From Candidatus Latescibacterota bacterium (GTDB lineage: Bacteria; Latescibacterota; UBA2968; GCA-2709665): a DNA stretch of 64,000 nt. The notes under the pieces were generated by a model. That model worked only from the letters and a program-made list of their open reading frames with translations. It was not told where the DNA came from and made no database searches. The translations under genes were made by a program, and so were the position numbers. The stretch covers positions 1,760,001 through 1,824,000 of the forward strand of contig OZ242180.1 in NCBI GenBank assembly GCA_965205485.1. Direction: 5' to 3'. Below, in pieces: positions 39,863 to 50,612 of this stretch (within the stretch, counting starts at the first letter, position 1; every line of letters begins with the position of its first letter).

Positions 39863-41245
39863 ATGGCTGGCGCGAGAGACATAGGCTCCAGACTCGAGCT
39901 GTTCGTCGATGACTGGCTGATCGACACGATGACGAACACGAGCCTCAAGCTCCATCCTCCGGCGCCGGCTGAGGTCGCCCTCGACTTCGACCAGTCCTGG
40001 GAAGGGGAGACGTCGTGGGTCGCCAACGTCATCCTAGACGACGGGCGCTACCGCCTCTGGTACCGCGCCACCGGCCCCGATGGAACGAACCGGACGACCT
40101 GTTACGCCGAAAGCCCCGACGGCATCCACTTCGTGCGTCCAATCCTCGGGCTCCACGAATTCGACGGGTCTAAGGAGAACAACATCGTCATGGGGGCCAC
40201 GCACTGGAACGCCTGCGTCTTCAGGGATCCCAACCGGGCCGCGCCGGACTCACAGCGGTACAAGGGCTTCCTGAGGGGAAAGAAGCTGGACGGGCGCTGC
40301 ACGATTTACGGCTACGGTTCGCCCGACGGCATCCATTGGGAGTTGATCCAGGATGGGCCGATCCTGCATGCCCCACCCGACGGCCGCCCCAACTTCGACT
40401 CACCGAACGTGGCTTTCTGGGACGTCAATATTCGGAAATACGTCAGCTACCTGCGGGGTTTCACGTCCGGTTGCAATAGTGTGGGGGACCCCACTCAGGG
40501 TGGCGTCTACCGGTCGATTCGGAGGTCTGAGTCGGTCGACTTCCTGGACTGGTCCGTCCCGGAGCTGATTGACATGGGCGGACGGCAGAAGGAGCACCTG
40601 TACACCAACGCGGCGACCCAGTACTTCCGCGCTCCGCACGTCTACCTGATGTTCCCCAAGCGGCTTCGGCTCGGCCGGAAGTTCCACAGGGACTGGGTGT
40701 CCGACGGCCTGTCCGAGGGGGTCTTCATGTCCAGCCGTGACGGCATCAGGTGGGACCGCCGGTTCATGGGTCCGTTCATCCGTCCGGGCCTTGACTCGAG
40801 GAACTGGAATGAGCGGAATATGGCGGCCGGCGTGGGCGTTGTTCCCACCGGATCCGGGGAGATCTCGATCTACTACGTGGAGAATTACCGGAACCCGACG
40901 TGCCGGCTCCGTCGGGGCGTCCTCAGGACCGACGGTTTCGTCTCCGTCAACGCGCCCTTCAGCGGAGGCGAGATCGTAACCAGGCCCTTCACGTTCGCCG
41001 GCAGTGAACTGGTCGTCAACTACTCGACGTCGGTGGCCGGCGAGATCCGGTTCGAGCTGCAGGACGAGCAGGGAAAGTCGATCGAGGGCCGCTCGCTGTC
41101 CGAAAGCGCCGAGATCTTTGGAGACGAGATTGCGCGGGCGGTCAGCTGGGACAGCGGATCGGACGTATCCGCGCTGGCCGGAAGGCCGGTGCGTCTGCGC
41201 GCTGTGATGAAGGCGGCCGACCTCTACGCCATACGCTTCAGGTGA
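39863..41245 (+). CDS. Glycosidase-like beta-propeller protein
   Basis: LELFVDD, YAESPDGIHF, SPDGIHW, SRDGIRW and LRTDGFVS motifs. Confidence 0.65.
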   Translation: MAGARDIGSRLELFVDDWLIDTMTNTSLKLHPPAPAEVALDFDQSWEGETSWVANVILDDGRYRLWYRATGPDGTNRTTCYAESPDGIHFVRPILGLHEFDGSKENNIVMGATHWNACVFRDPNRAAPDSQRYKGFLRGKKLDGRCTIYGYGSPDGIHWELIQDGPILHAPPDGRPNFDSPNVAFWDVNIRKYVSYLRGFTSGCNSVGDPTQGGVYRSIRRSESVDFLDWSVPELIDMGGRQKEHLYTNAATQYFRAPHVYLMFPKRLRLGRKFHRDWVSDGLSEGVFMSSRDGIRWDRRFMGPFIRPGLDSRNWNERNMAAGVGVVPTGSGEISIYYVENYRNPTCRLRRGVLRTDGFVSVNAPFSGGEIVTRPFTFAGSELVVNYSTSVAGEIRFELQDEQGKSIEGRSLSESAEIFGDEIARAVSWDSGSDVSALAGRPVRLRAVMKAADLYAIRFR

Positions 41246-41351
41246 CGGATCGTGCTTGCGCCCCTGAGTACTCTTCAGAACATGGAGGCCAGCCGCTATG
41301 TCAGGAATGTGCGCGACGACAAAAGCGTAGCGGAAAATGGAGGACATAGAC

Positions 41352-42632
41352 ATGACCGAATCAGGAAAGCCGGTATATCGGAAGCCGGTCCCCGAGGGCG
41401 TTATCGAACATATCGGAGTGGGCGTTGGAAGCGCGACGGCCATTGTTGAGGTGCATGACGGGCTTCTGATGATCGCGGGCCGCGGATGTTACCGGTCCGG
41501 AGACTCAGGGCGGACCTGGGAAAGAGCGGATGCGCCTGACTGGGAATCCCTCGGAGAAACTTCCTGCCTGTCCTGCGTCCGGCTGCAGTCGGGCGAGCTT
41601 GCTCTCGCGCACCTCGGAAGCGGGAATCTCCATCGCGGGTCCGAGATGTACAACTGGAATCCGTTTTACCTGTCCGTGTCGGACGACGACGGCCGGTCGT
41701 GGTCCGGAGGGTGGCCGATGAATCTGCTCGGGGGGCCGTATTACGATACGATGATTCAGATGCCCGGCGGCAGGCTGGTGATGCCGAGCCGGATTTGCCA
41801 CAGCAACAACCACCATTCGGGGCTGGAGTACGCGCGGGTGAGCAGCTACGGGACCTGGAAGCGTCGGCGCCTGCAGGTGAGCGGGCACTATCATTACCCG
41901 GAGGTGGATATCGCCGCTGTGAGTTATTCGGACGACGACGGCCGCACGTGGCAAATGTGCGGGGGTCAGTTGATGGGCTGGTTTGATGCCGAGGGCATAC
42001 CGAACGGTCGCGGCGGCATCACCGCCGTGGATGAACCCGGCGTGGCGGTGTGTCCGGACGGACGACTGATGATGATGGCGAGGTCCACGGTGGGGCGGCT
42101 GGTGCAGTGTTACAGCGAGGACGGGGGCGAGACCTGGACGCCCGTGGTTCCGAGCGACCTGGCCGCTTCCTATTCGCCGCCCAGGCTCAGGCGGATTCCG
42201 GGTACGGGCGACCTGATGTGTGTCTGGAACCAGACGTCGCGTGAGGAGATATTGAGAGGGTACCGGCGGGGAAGACTCTCGTCCGCGATATCCAGCGATG
42301 GCGGCGCGAGCTGGTCGCATTTCAGGACCATCGAACTCAGCGGCGGGATGGAGGACGTGGAGCGGGTCCCCCCTCAGTATCCCGTCAGCCCCGTGATCGC
42401 GCTTCCGGAACTGGGGACGCTGCCGGATGACTTCGCGACGTTCGACTACGCGAACATGTGGTTTCACGGCGACCGCGTGCTGCTGATGTATCATCGAAGC
42501 TGGGTGGAGGCGGATGAGAATACCGGCGAAGCCGTGACGCTCGGTGAACGGAAGCTCACGGCCAGGAAACCCGGGGAACTGGTGCTGCGTGTCTATCCAC
42601 TGGCGTGGTTCTACGACTGCAAAGGCGCTTGA
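41352..42632 (+). CDS. Sialidase-like BNR/Asp-box protein
   Basis: Five Asp boxes: SGDSGRTW, SDDDGRSW, SDDDGRTW, SEDGGETW, SSDGGASW. Confidence 0.8.
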   Translation: MTESGKPVYRKPVPEGVIEHIGVGVGSATAIVEVHDGLLMIAGRGCYRSGDSGRTWERADAPDWESLGETSCLSCVRLQSGELALAHLGSGNLHRGSEMYNWNPFYLSVSDDDGRSWSGGWPMNLLGGPYYDTMIQMPGGRLVMPSRICHSNNHHSGLEYARVSSYGTWKRRRLQVSGHYHYPEVDIAAVSYSDDDGRTWQMCGGQLMGWFDAEGIPNGRGGITAVDEPGVAVCPDGRLMMMARSTVGRLVQCYSEDGGETWTPVVPSDLAASYSPPRLRRIPGTGDLMCVWNQTSREEILRGYRRGRLSSAISSDGGASWSHFRTIELSGGMEDVERVPPQYPVSPVIALPELGTLPDDFATFDYANMWFHGDRVLLMYHRSWVEADENTGEAVTLGERKLTARKPGELVLRVYPLAWFYDCKGA

Positions 42633-42722
42633 AACCGGATCGGGGCGCCTTTCCTGAGGTGCGGAGGGGAATCGTCGCCGCGGTTTGTACTCGCCGTTAC
42701 GCGGCAGATTCAAGCAAATGCA

Positions 42723-42751
42723 TTGACTAATCTGATATTTTGCATTATAAA
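42723..42751 (+). promoter_or_regulatory. Putative sigma70 promoter
   Basis: TTGACT-17-TATAAA in an AT-rich patch. Confidence 0.6.
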
Positions 42752-42807
42752 TTAGGGATTCGTGCGAGAATCCGATTACTGGAAAACCAACGGACGAGGA
42801 GGCTTCT

Positions 42808-43041
42808 GTGGATCGCGATATGAACAACATGGGATTTTGCCTGGGCGTTTTCGGCCTCGGCGCGATCATCGGCATGGCCCTGGGGATAATCGCCGGTGTC
42901 TTACTGGCGCCCCGGAGCGGTATCGAAACCCGCCAGACCGTTCGACGCAACGTGGACAAAGCCGTAAACAAGGGTCGGTCATACGTGGAACGCATCCGCG
43001 CGCAAAACGGAGACGGTGCGGAAGAAGCCGCGGAGTCGTAG
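42808..43041 (+). CDS. YtxH-domain protein
   Basis: GAIIG...GVLLAPRSG.ETR motif; GAGGAGG RBS. Confidence 0.8.
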   Translation: MDRDMNNMGFCLGVFGLGAIIGMALGIIAGVLLAPRSGIETRQTVRRNVDKAVNKGRSYVERIRAQNGDGAEEAAES

Positions 43042-43130
43042 TGCAGGATGTTGGACGCTAAAGGCACATCGAGAATTCGTAACGCAGGCGCGGGGCCGGA
43101 CATGGAAACTCACCTGCGAAGGAGTGACTC

Positions 43131-44246
43131 TTGAAAAAGGCAATTGCCGCAGCGATTCTGGGCTTTCTGCTCAGCGGGGGGCAATGGGCTTTTGCCGGAG
43201 AATTGTCGATTTACGGCTTTGTCCGCTTCGACGCCGTTTTTGACGATTCGAAGATGCAAAGCCACCAATTCGGCTTCTGGGTAAAGCCGGAAGAACCTGG
43301 CGCCGAGACCGATGGCAATTTGACCATGTACCCGCGCCTCACCCGCCTTGGGGCGAGGTTCAAACCCGTGAAATTGGACGAAGTCTCCAGTATCAGCGGT
43401 CTCGTCGAGATCGACTTTCAGAACGGGGGCAGCGAATCGCGCCAGATTCTGCGCCTCCGGCAGGCATACTTCAATCTTCAGCGGGGGGACTGGCACTTTC
43501 TCGCCGGACAGTGCTGGGACGTCATTTCGCCGATCTTTCCGATCGCCAACAACGACGGTCTGATGTGGCACGCCGGAAACCTGGGCGACCGTCATCCCCA
43601 GGCGCGGCTCACGTACAAACCCGAGGGCGGGTTTTCTCTGGCGATTGCGGCAGGTCAGACCGGGGCCGTGGACAGGAAAGACCTGGACAGGAACGGCATT
43701 ATGGATGGCTGGGACGCGGCAGTGCCCTTCCTGCAGGCACGGCTTGGATTCGAGCAGCCGAAATTCAAGGGGGGCGCGTGGGCCCATTGGGGCGCCGAAG
43801 AGACTGCCGCGCCCGTGGGCGGCGAAACAAGCTTTACGTCGACCGCGGTGGGTCTGGACGCTTCGATTTCACTTACCGACCAGTTTTTGGTACAGGGTGA
43901 AGCCTGGACGGGGAGAAACCTCACCGACATCCGCGGCGGCATCGGACAGGGGGTCAACACAGCCACGGGCGAGGAGATCGCCTCTACCGGCGGGTGGGCG
44001 CAGATCGTGATCATGCCCAACGCCCAATGGAAGCTTTACGCCGGGGCAACGATGGAGAAGCCGGATGAGGATGCCGTGCCCTCGGGCGGACGTACCAGGA
44101 ATGGCGCCTTCTACGCCGTCGGTCGATATCGGCCGTGGAAGCCGCTCCAGGTAGCGGTTGAATATCTGTACTGGAAGACCACCTACAAGGGACCGAACGA
44201 CGGGGTCGCCAACCGGTTGGACATCCATTTTACCTATAACTTCTAA
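43131..44246 (+). CDS. Outer-membrane porin (DcaP-like)
   Basis: Signal peptide; IYGFVRFD, TRLG, EIDF, LRLRQAY and LAGQ.W motifs; terminal YNF. Confidence 0.75.
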   Translation: MKKAIAAAILGFLLSGGQWAFAGELSIYGFVRFDAVFDDSKMQSHQFGFWVKPEEPGAETDGNLTMYPRLTRLGARFKPVKLDEVSSISGLVEIDFQNGGSESRQILRLRQAYFNLQRGDWHFLAGQCWDVISPIFPIANNDGLMWHAGNLGDRHPQARLTYKPEGGFSLAIAAGQTGAVDRKDLDRNGIMDGWDAAVPFLQARLGFEQPKFKGGAWAHWGAEETAAPVGGETSFTSTAVGLDASISLTDQFLVQGEAWTGRNLTDIRGGIGQGVNTATGEEIASTGGWAQIVIMPNAQWKLYAGATMEKPDEDAVPSGGRTRNGAFYAVGRYRPWKPLQVAVEYLYWKTTYKGPNDGVANRLDIHFTYNF

Positions 44247-44329
44247 TGATCTATGGATACCCGTTCGAGTGTGTGTAAATGATCCCCGCGGATTCAGGCA
44301 AATCCGTATTTCAGCTGAAGAGGAACGGA

Positions 44330-45697
44330 ATGGATATTCCCAACTGCACCGGCGGACCCGATTTCCTGAATGACCGGGCGTCCGACCTGACGCGAAGGTC
44401 GATGCTCCGTCGAGGCTTTTTCGGGCTGCTGGCGTTGTCCTGGGGTGGCTGGACTGACGTCGGAGCCGTGACAGGAGGATCGAACGGGGATTCAACGGCA
44501 GATCCGAACAGCGACGGAGGTTCCGAAGGCGTCTATGACGGCAAGATCGTCCTGGGCATGTCCGCCGCGTTTTCGGGGCCCTCCCGGGGGCTGGGCAGCG
44601 AACTCTACCGGGGCGCCAGGTCTTACTTCAACCACGTCAACGACAATGGCGGCGTTGGCGGCCGCCAGATCGTCTTCAAGCTGTACGATGACGGGTACCA
44701 GCCGGATCCGTGTGTGAAGAACACGATGAAACTCATGCTGGAAGATCACGTGTTCCTGTTATTCGGGTACGTTGGTACGCCGACGGTGACGCGCGCGCTT
44801 CCGCTGCTGAAGAAGTTCCAGGACGAGCGGGTCTATCTGTTTTTCCCGTTTACCGGCGCCCAGCCTCAACGGGAGCCGCCATACGGGGATTTCGCGTTCA
44901 ACCTCCGGGCGTCCTATCGCCAGGAGACCGCGGGGCTTGTGGACAATTTCGTTCGCACCGGCAGAAAGCGGATCGCCGTGTTCTACCAGGCCGACGCATA
45001 CGGACGCAGCGGATGGGCGGGCGTGAGAGCGGCAATCGAGGCGCACGGCGAACACATTGCCGCCGAGGCGACCTACCGCCGCGGGCAGAGGTTTACCGGA
45101 AGCATGAGGCGGCAGGTTGAGATTCTGCAGAAGGGTTCTCCCGACGCCGTCATCTGCATCGGTTCGTACGCCGCGTGCGCGGCCTTCGCTCGCGACGCGA
45201 TCGACCTGGGCCTAAAGGTCCCGATCGCCAATCTCTCATTCGTTGGCAGCGAGAATCTGCTGCATCTGCTCAGCGAGGGCCGTGACGACGCCGAGACCTA
45301 CACCCGGTATCTCGTCAACTCCCAGGTCGTGCCCAGCTACGAAGACACTTCTATTCCGGCCGTGAGAGAGTACCGTGAGTTGATGGCGCGCTACAATCCG
45401 GCCGTTCCGCAGGAACTGGTCAAAGAGCCCTACAGTCCGTTCGAGCAGAGCTTCGTAAGCCTGGAGGGTTTTCTGGATGCAAAGCTGATGACCGAGATTC
45501 TCAGGCGCCTTGGAGATAATCCAAGCAGGACGGGACTTGAGGACGCGGTATTCTCTGTCCGGGATTTCGATCTCGGCATAGGTGAGAAAGTCTCTTTCGG
45601 ACCCGATCGGCGACAGGGACTGCAAACCGTTTACTATACCGTTGTTCAGGACGGCCGGTTTGTCACCCTGAACGACTGGGAAAGCTGGCTTTCGTAA
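44330..45697 (+). CDS. Type I periplasmic binding protein, probable Tat substrate
   Basis: LTRRSML twin-arginine-like signal; GMSAAFSGP, DDGYQP, GYVGTPT, NLRASY and SLEGF motifs. Confidence 0.85.
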   Translation: MDIPNCTGGPDFLNDRASDLTRRSMLRRGFFGLLALSWGGWTDVGAVTGGSNGDSTADPNSDGGSEGVYDGKIVLGMSAAFSGPSRGLGSELYRGARSYFNHVNDNGGVGGRQIVFKLYDDGYQPDPCVKNTMKLMLEDHVFLLFGYVGTPTVTRALPLLKKFQDERVYLFFPFTGAQPQREPPYGDFAFNLRASYRQETAGLVDNFVRTGRKRIAVFYQADAYGRSGWAGVRAAIEAHGEHIAAEATYRRGQRFTGSMRRQVEILQKGSPDAVICIGSYAACAAFARDAIDLGLKVPIANLSFVGSENLLHLLSEGRDDAETYTRYLVNSQVVPSYEDTSIPAVREYRELMARYNPAVPQELVKEPYSPFEQSFVSLEGFLDAKLMTEILRRLGDNPSRTGLEDAVFSVRDFDLGIGEKVSFGPDRRQGLQTVYYTVVQDGRFVTLNDWESWLS

Positions 45698-45698
45698 A

Positions 45699-46442
45699 AT
45701 GAAAATTCAAAAGCTGTTTCAGAAGACCAGGTTCGGCATCTTTGCGCTATTCGGGCTGATCGTACTGTCCACGTCGTTCCTGTGCATCTACACGGTAGAC
45801 ACGCAGTTGTCGGCGGAGTACGCGTCCAACAGCAAAGACATCGCGAAGACCATCGCCAACGCCAGCGTGGACATCCTGTTGAACCGGAATCTTGCGACGC
45901 TGCAGTCGATGATCGATCAGTTTGTCGAGATTCAGGGTATCCGTTACATCTACATCACCAGCGAAAAGGGCGAGTATCTTGCACATACCTTCGTTCCGGG
46001 TATCCCCGAGGAGATTCTCGAGAGCGATCCGTCCAGCACCGAACCGGTTGAGCGAAGCATTCCGGGTCTGGGCGATTTCCTGGAGGTGGGCAGCCCGATC
46101 CTGGCCGGCGTTGCCGGCACGGTACACGTCGGTATGGACCTGGACATCGTCGCGCTCAAGATCCAGCGCGCCATCGGCCAGCAGGTCATTCTAATCAGTA
46201 TCTTTCTCGTTGTGGGCGTGCTGGCGTCGATTTGGCTGGTCAACCTGGCCGCGAAGCCGCTGGGAGGGCTTCTTTCCTACGCAGTGGACCTGGCCGACGA
46301 TCGAAAGCAGGATAAGCAGGAGGACGACGAACTGCTTGCGCGCGATGACGAAGTCGGTGACCTCGCCCGGCTGTTCCGGCATATTTCGGGCAATTCGCCG
46401 GGCGCGGGTGAATCGGTGGCGTCGGCGGAAAGGAAAGGTTGA
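45699..46442 (+). CDS. Two-TM sensor-like protein with HAMP domain and no output domain
   Basis: TM - periplasmic domain - TM - KPL...RDDEVGDLARLF, then ends. Confidence 0.7.
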   Translation: MKIQKLFQKTRFGIFALFGLIVLSTSFLCIYTVDTQLSAEYASNSKDIAKTIANASVDILLNRNLATLQSMIDQFVEIQGIRYIYITSEKGEYLAHTFVPGIPEEILESDPSSTEPVERSIPGLGDFLEVGSPILAGVAGTVHVGMDLDIVALKIQRAIGQQVILISIFLVVGVLASIWLVNLAAKPLGGLLSYAVDLADDRKQDKQEDDELLARDDEVGDLARLFRHISGNSPGAGESVASAERKG

Positions 46443-47761
46443 TCGGAGGACGGGCGTTGCGTATTCCAAGAAGCGCTATCGCACTATTCTGCACGGTTCT
46501 GCAAGTTTGCTTCGGCACGGTTTACGCCTGGAGCTTCTTCCAGACGATTCTGGTGCATCGGGGCGGCTGGACACATACGGAGACTGCGTGGGCGTTCAGT
46601 ATCGCGATTTTTACGCTGGGCGTATCGGCCGCGTGGGCGGGTAACATGCTCTCCCGGTTGGGTCCGAGGTTTCTGGCGGTGACCGGCAGTATCCTGTTTT
46701 CAGGCGGATACCTGATTTCCGGGGCGGCGCTTCACCTGGACTCGATACCGCTGTTCTATCTGGGCTATGGCGTGATAGGCGGCGCGGGTATCGGACTGGG
46801 CTACGTCACGCCGGTCGCCACGGTCGCCAAATGGTTCCCCGATCGGAAAGGACTGGCCACCGGTATCGTGGTTATGGGCTTTGGCGTGGGCGCTTTCCTG
46901 CTGAGCAAGGGGCTGGCGCCATTTTTGATCGTAACCACGGAGGGCACGCTCCCGCTCGTCTTCATCTGGCTCGGGATCATATTCGGCGTCATTCTGCTAC
47001 CCTGCAGCCTGGCCCTCAGCGATCCGCCCGCGACCGCGAGCCCGGCGGGCGGTACAGCCGATGAGGCGCTGGAATACGGGGAACCGGACTCTGCCGTGAC
47101 GTATCTCAAGACGACCCAGTTCGTGATCATGTGGATCGTCTTCTTCTTCAATATCGCCGCCGGAATCTCCGTCATCAGCTTCCAGTCCGAAATCCTCCAG
47201 GAGATCTGGGGTCTGGCGGACAACACGATAGAGCCAACCATGCTGGCCGAATACGGCGCCACGCTGATCGCCGTCAGTTCCATCTGCAACGGATTGGGGC
47301 GCCTCTTCTGGGGATTGCTATCGGACAAGTTCGGCCGGGTTACGATTTTCAGGGTTCTCCTCGCCAGCCAGATGGTCGTCTTCGGCATCCTGATGACGGA
47401 GACCAATCCCTGGGTATTCTCCGCCCTGGTCTGCTACGTCCTTCTCTGCTTCGGCGGCGGATTCGCGACCATGCCGCCCTTCGTCCTCGACGTGTTCGGT
47501 ACGAAAAAAATGTCCACGATCTACGGCGCCGTCCTGACGGCCTGGGCCGCCGCCGGTATCACGGGTCCCCTGTACGTCGGGTATCTTAAGGATGTATATC
47601 CCGATAGAGCGGTGATGTATTGCTTCCTCATCGGGATCCTCATGCTGGGCGCGGGATATCTCTTCACGTACCTGCTGAACGACGGCAGGATTCGCCTGGG
47701 GCGTCCCACGCTGGCGAGCACGCTGCACCGTTATGGGATTCCAGTACCGGAGAAGTCCTGA
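46439..47761 (+). CDS. MFS transporter, oxalate/formate antiporter (OFA) family
   Basis: GTVYAWS, GIGLGYVTP..TVAKWFPDRKGLATG, NGLGRLFWG..SD and FGGGF motifs. Confidence 0.88.
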   Translation: MIGGRALRIPRSAIALFCTVLQVCFGTVYAWSFFQTILVHRGGWTHTETAWAFSIAIFTLGVSAAWAGNMLSRLGPRFLAVTGSILFSGGYLISGAALHLDSIPLFYLGYGVIGGAGIGLGYVTPVATVAKWFPDRKGLATGIVVMGFGVGAFLLSKGLAPFLIVTTEGTLPLVFIWLGIIFGVILLPCSLALSDPPATASPAGGTADEALEYGEPDSAVTYLKTTQFVIMWIVFFFNIAAGISVISFQSEILQEIWGLADNTIEPTMLAEYGATLIAVSSICNGLGRLFWGLLSDKFGRVTIFRVLLASQMVVFGILMTETNPWVFSALVCYVLLCFGGGFATMPPFVLDVFGTKKMSTIYGAVLTAWAAAGITGPLYVGYLKDVYPDRAVMYCFLIGILMLGAGYLFTYLLNDGRIRLGRPTLASTLHRYGIPVPEKS

Positions 47762-47981
47762 ACGCGACACAAATTGCCTTGAAAGGAAGCTTTGAAATCA
47801 GAACTGCAAAATTCCTTCCTCCAGCCCGCATCCTCTCATCCCCGGTTTATTCTTCCATTCCGATTTCAATGAAGACCTCGCGGCCGTTCAGCGCCTGTAC
47901 CGGCCGGTCATTCTTGCGGACAATATTCGTGAATGCGGCAATCTGCGCCTCAAATGCCTGACCTGAGGTAGGCAAAACGCA

Positions 47982-48755
47982 ATGAAAACGGTATACGCAG
48001 GTATTCTGGTTGTTCTGCTCCTGACAATTCCGAACGCCGCGATCGCGCAGACGGAGTTTCACTTTCAATACGGCTCACACGTGAATCCATTCTCGGGGTC
48101 CGGCCAATGGACGTTTGTGTTTACCGTGCAGAACGCCTCAAGATGGAAACTGGGCGACAGTTTCTTTTTTCTCGATTACATTGACGACAGCGTCAGCGAC
48201 GGATTCAACGACAGGGACTTCTATTCCGAGTGGTATCCCACACTGAGTTTCGGCAAACTGTCGAAAAAGGAAGTGCGCGCGGGTCCCATTCGAGATTTCG
48301 CCCTGGTCGCCGGCGTCAACGCGGGGGGCGACGCCAAGGTATTGAAATACCTGCCGGGCGTGAGGGCTTCCTGGAACGTGCCCGGATTCGTGTTTCTGAA
48401 TACGGACCTGACGGCCTATATTGACGACAACACCGGCGTGGACGGCGGCGGGGCGCCGAAGACGGGTAACAGCTTCATGTTCGACGTCAGCTGGCTGCTG
48501 CCCATCGAAGCCGGCGAGCAGTCATTTACGTTCATGGGGCACGCCGAATATATAGGCGGTCGTACCAACGAGTTCGGGGATGACGTCAACGGGTCTATCC
48601 TTGCGCAGCCGCAACTGGTGTGGGACGTGGGTAAGGCGATGGCGGGCGAAGCCAACCAATTCATGGCCGGCGTAGAATTCCAATTTTGGCGCAATAAGCT
48701 TGGAACGGACGAGGACGAAATGATCGCGCAGATGCTCGTGGTCTGGCGCATGTAG
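47982..48755 (+). CDS. Tsx/DUF5020-like nucleoside outer-membrane channel
   Basis: Signal peptide; GDSFFFLD, QPQLVWD and GVE.QFWRNKLG motifs; next to an NCS2 permease. Confidence 0.7.
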   Translation: MKTVYAGILVVLLLTIPNAAIAQTEFHFQYGSHVNPFSGSGQWTFVFTVQNASRWKLGDSFFFLDYIDDSVSDGFNDRDFYSEWYPTLSFGKLSKKEVRAGPIRDFALVAGVNAGGDAKVLKYLPGVRASWNVPGFVFLNTDLTAYIDDNTGVDGGGAPKTGNSFMFDVSWLLPIEAGEQSFTFMGHAEYIGGRTNEFGDDVNGSILAQPQLVWDVGKAMAGEANQFMAGVEFQFWRNKLGTDEDEMIAQMLVVWRM

Positions 48756-48789
48756 CCTGGCCGCCGGGCGGATCGATAGGGAGAGACAG

Positions 48790-50532
48790 ATGCCTTCGGA
48801 AGAAGCCCGTACAAACGAAACCATTCGGTACGAACCGGACGAGAGGCCCCCGCATACAGTCGCCGCCGCGGTCGGTTTTCAGGCCGCTGTTGTGGTCCTG
48901 GCGCCCGTGGTGCTCAGCGCGGTAATCATCGGCCGTGCCGCCGGTCAACCGGACAGCTATTTGAACTGGATCGCCTTCGCGGCGCTGGTGGTCAGCGGCA
49001 TAAGCACAGTCCTGCAAGCCGTGAGGGTGGGGCGCATCGGGGCGGGCCACGTGCTCATCATGGGCACGTCCGGCGCCTTCATTGCGGTGTGCATTACGGC
49101 GCTGGTGAAGGGCGGGCCGGCGTTGATGGCGAGCCTGATCGTGGTATCCTCGCTGTTTCAGTTCGCCATGGCCGCGCGTCTTTCACTCCTGCGCCGTATC
49201 ATTACTCCGGTTGTCGCCGGAACCGTGATCATGCTGATCGCTGTTACCGTGATGCCTGTGGTTTTCGGCCTGTTGAAGGACGTGCCCGAGGGGACGCCGG
49301 CGGGTGCGTCACCGGCAGCGGCGGGCGCCGCATTCGTTACTCTCGTCGTGCTGGCGCTGAGGGCCCCCGCATCCCTCCGGCTGTGGGCGCCGCTGATCGG
49401 AATCGCAGTTGGATGCGCGGTTGCCGCGCCGTTCGGACTGTACGATGTACGTCCTGTCGTCGACGCGCCCTGGATCGGTTTTCCGAATTACCCCTGGCCG
49501 GGGCTGGATCTCTCCCTGAGCGCGGAGTTCTGGGCGCTGCTTCCGGCATTTGTGGTGGTCACGGTCGTCGGGGCGATCGAGACGGTTGGCGACGGCGTCG
49601 CCATTCAACGGGTCTCCCGGCGCCGGCCCCGCGCAACCGACTTCCGCCTGGTGCAGGGCGCCCTCAACGCCGACGGCATGGGCAATCTGCTCTCCGGCCT
49701 TATCGGGACCCCGCCCAATACGACCTATTCCACCAGCATTTCGCTTGCCGAACTGACCGGAGTCGCGGCGCGCCGCGTCGGGATATATATCGGGATCCTA
49801 TTCGTCCTGCTGGCCCTGTCCCCCAAGGTAACGGCCCTCGTGATCGCCATTCCCAATCCCGTCGCAGCTGCCTATGTCACGCTGCTGATAGGCCTGTTAT
49901 TCGTACAGGGCATGAAGCTGATTGTCGAGGACGGCATCGATCACCGGAAGGCCACGGTGGTCGGGCTGGCTTTCTGGCTGGGTGTGGGTTTTCAGAATCA
50001 GGTGATCTTTCCTGATTTGATTGGCGGGACGTGGGGGACGTTGCTTGGAAACGGGATGACCGCAGGCGGTCTCGCGGCCATCCTGCTGACCGCTTTCATG
50101 GAATTGACGGCCCGCCGCCGGAAACGCCTCCAGGTTGAATTGTCCGCCGAATCGCTTCCCGGGATCGACGGGTTCCTCCGCGGGTTTGCGGCAGGCATCG
50201 GATGGACGGAGCCGGCAACCGGCCGGCTGTGCGCCGCGGGCGAAGAGACCCTGTCGATTCTGATAGAACAGGCCGGTGAGCGCGCGCGTGAGGACGAGCG
50301 GCTGCTCGTCATCACCGCCCGGCACGTGGAAGAGACCGCGGAGCTGGAGTTTCTGGCGGCTGCGGCGGGAGAAAACCTGGAAGACAGGCTGGCGTATCTG
50401 AGTGAACAGCCGGAGATCCTGGACGAGCATGAAATATCGTTCAGGCTGTTGCGACATTACGCTTCGTCCGTGCGCCACCAGAAGTATCACGATCTGGACA
50501 TCGTTACCGTTCGGGTGGAAGGCGCGTCATAG
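48790..50532 (+). CDS. NCS2 xanthine/uracil permease with C-terminal HATPase-like extension
   Basis: YEPDERPP, TPVVAGTVI, IETVGD, ADG.GN and PNTTYS motifs; about 135-aa soluble tail. Confidence 0.85.
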   Translation: MPSEEARTNETIRYEPDERPPHTVAAAVGFQAAVVVLAPVVLSAVIIGRAAGQPDSYLNWIAFAALVVSGISTVLQAVRVGRIGAGHVLIMGTSGAFIAVCITALVKGGPALMASLIVVSSLFQFAMAARLSLLRRIITPVVAGTVIMLIAVTVMPVVFGLLKDVPEGTPAGASPAAAGAAFVTLVVLALRAPASLRLWAPLIGIAVGCAVAAPFGLYDVRPVVDAPWIGFPNYPWPGLDLSLSAEFWALLPAFVVVTVVGAIETVGDGVAIQRVSRRRPRATDFRLVQGALNADGMGNLLSGLIGTPPNTTYSTSISLAELTGVAARRVGIYIGILFVLLALSPKVTALVIAIPNPVAAAYVTLLIGLLFVQGMKLIVEDGIDHRKATVVGLAFWLGVGFQNQVIFPDLIGGTWGTLLGNGMTAGGLAAILLTAFMELTARRRKRLQVELSAESLPGIDGFLRGFAAGIGWTEPATGRLCAAGEETLSILIEQAGERAREDERLLVITARHVEETAELEFLAAAAGENLEDRLAYLSEQPEILDEHEISFRLLRHYASSVRHQKYHDLDIVTVRVEGAS

Positions 50533-50612
50533 TATCGGCGAGCGAAGCTGAACGAACGGGCGGAAGGGACGCTAACAGTCCGTTGATAAAGTCGCTCTGC
50601 AGGCGAGGTATG

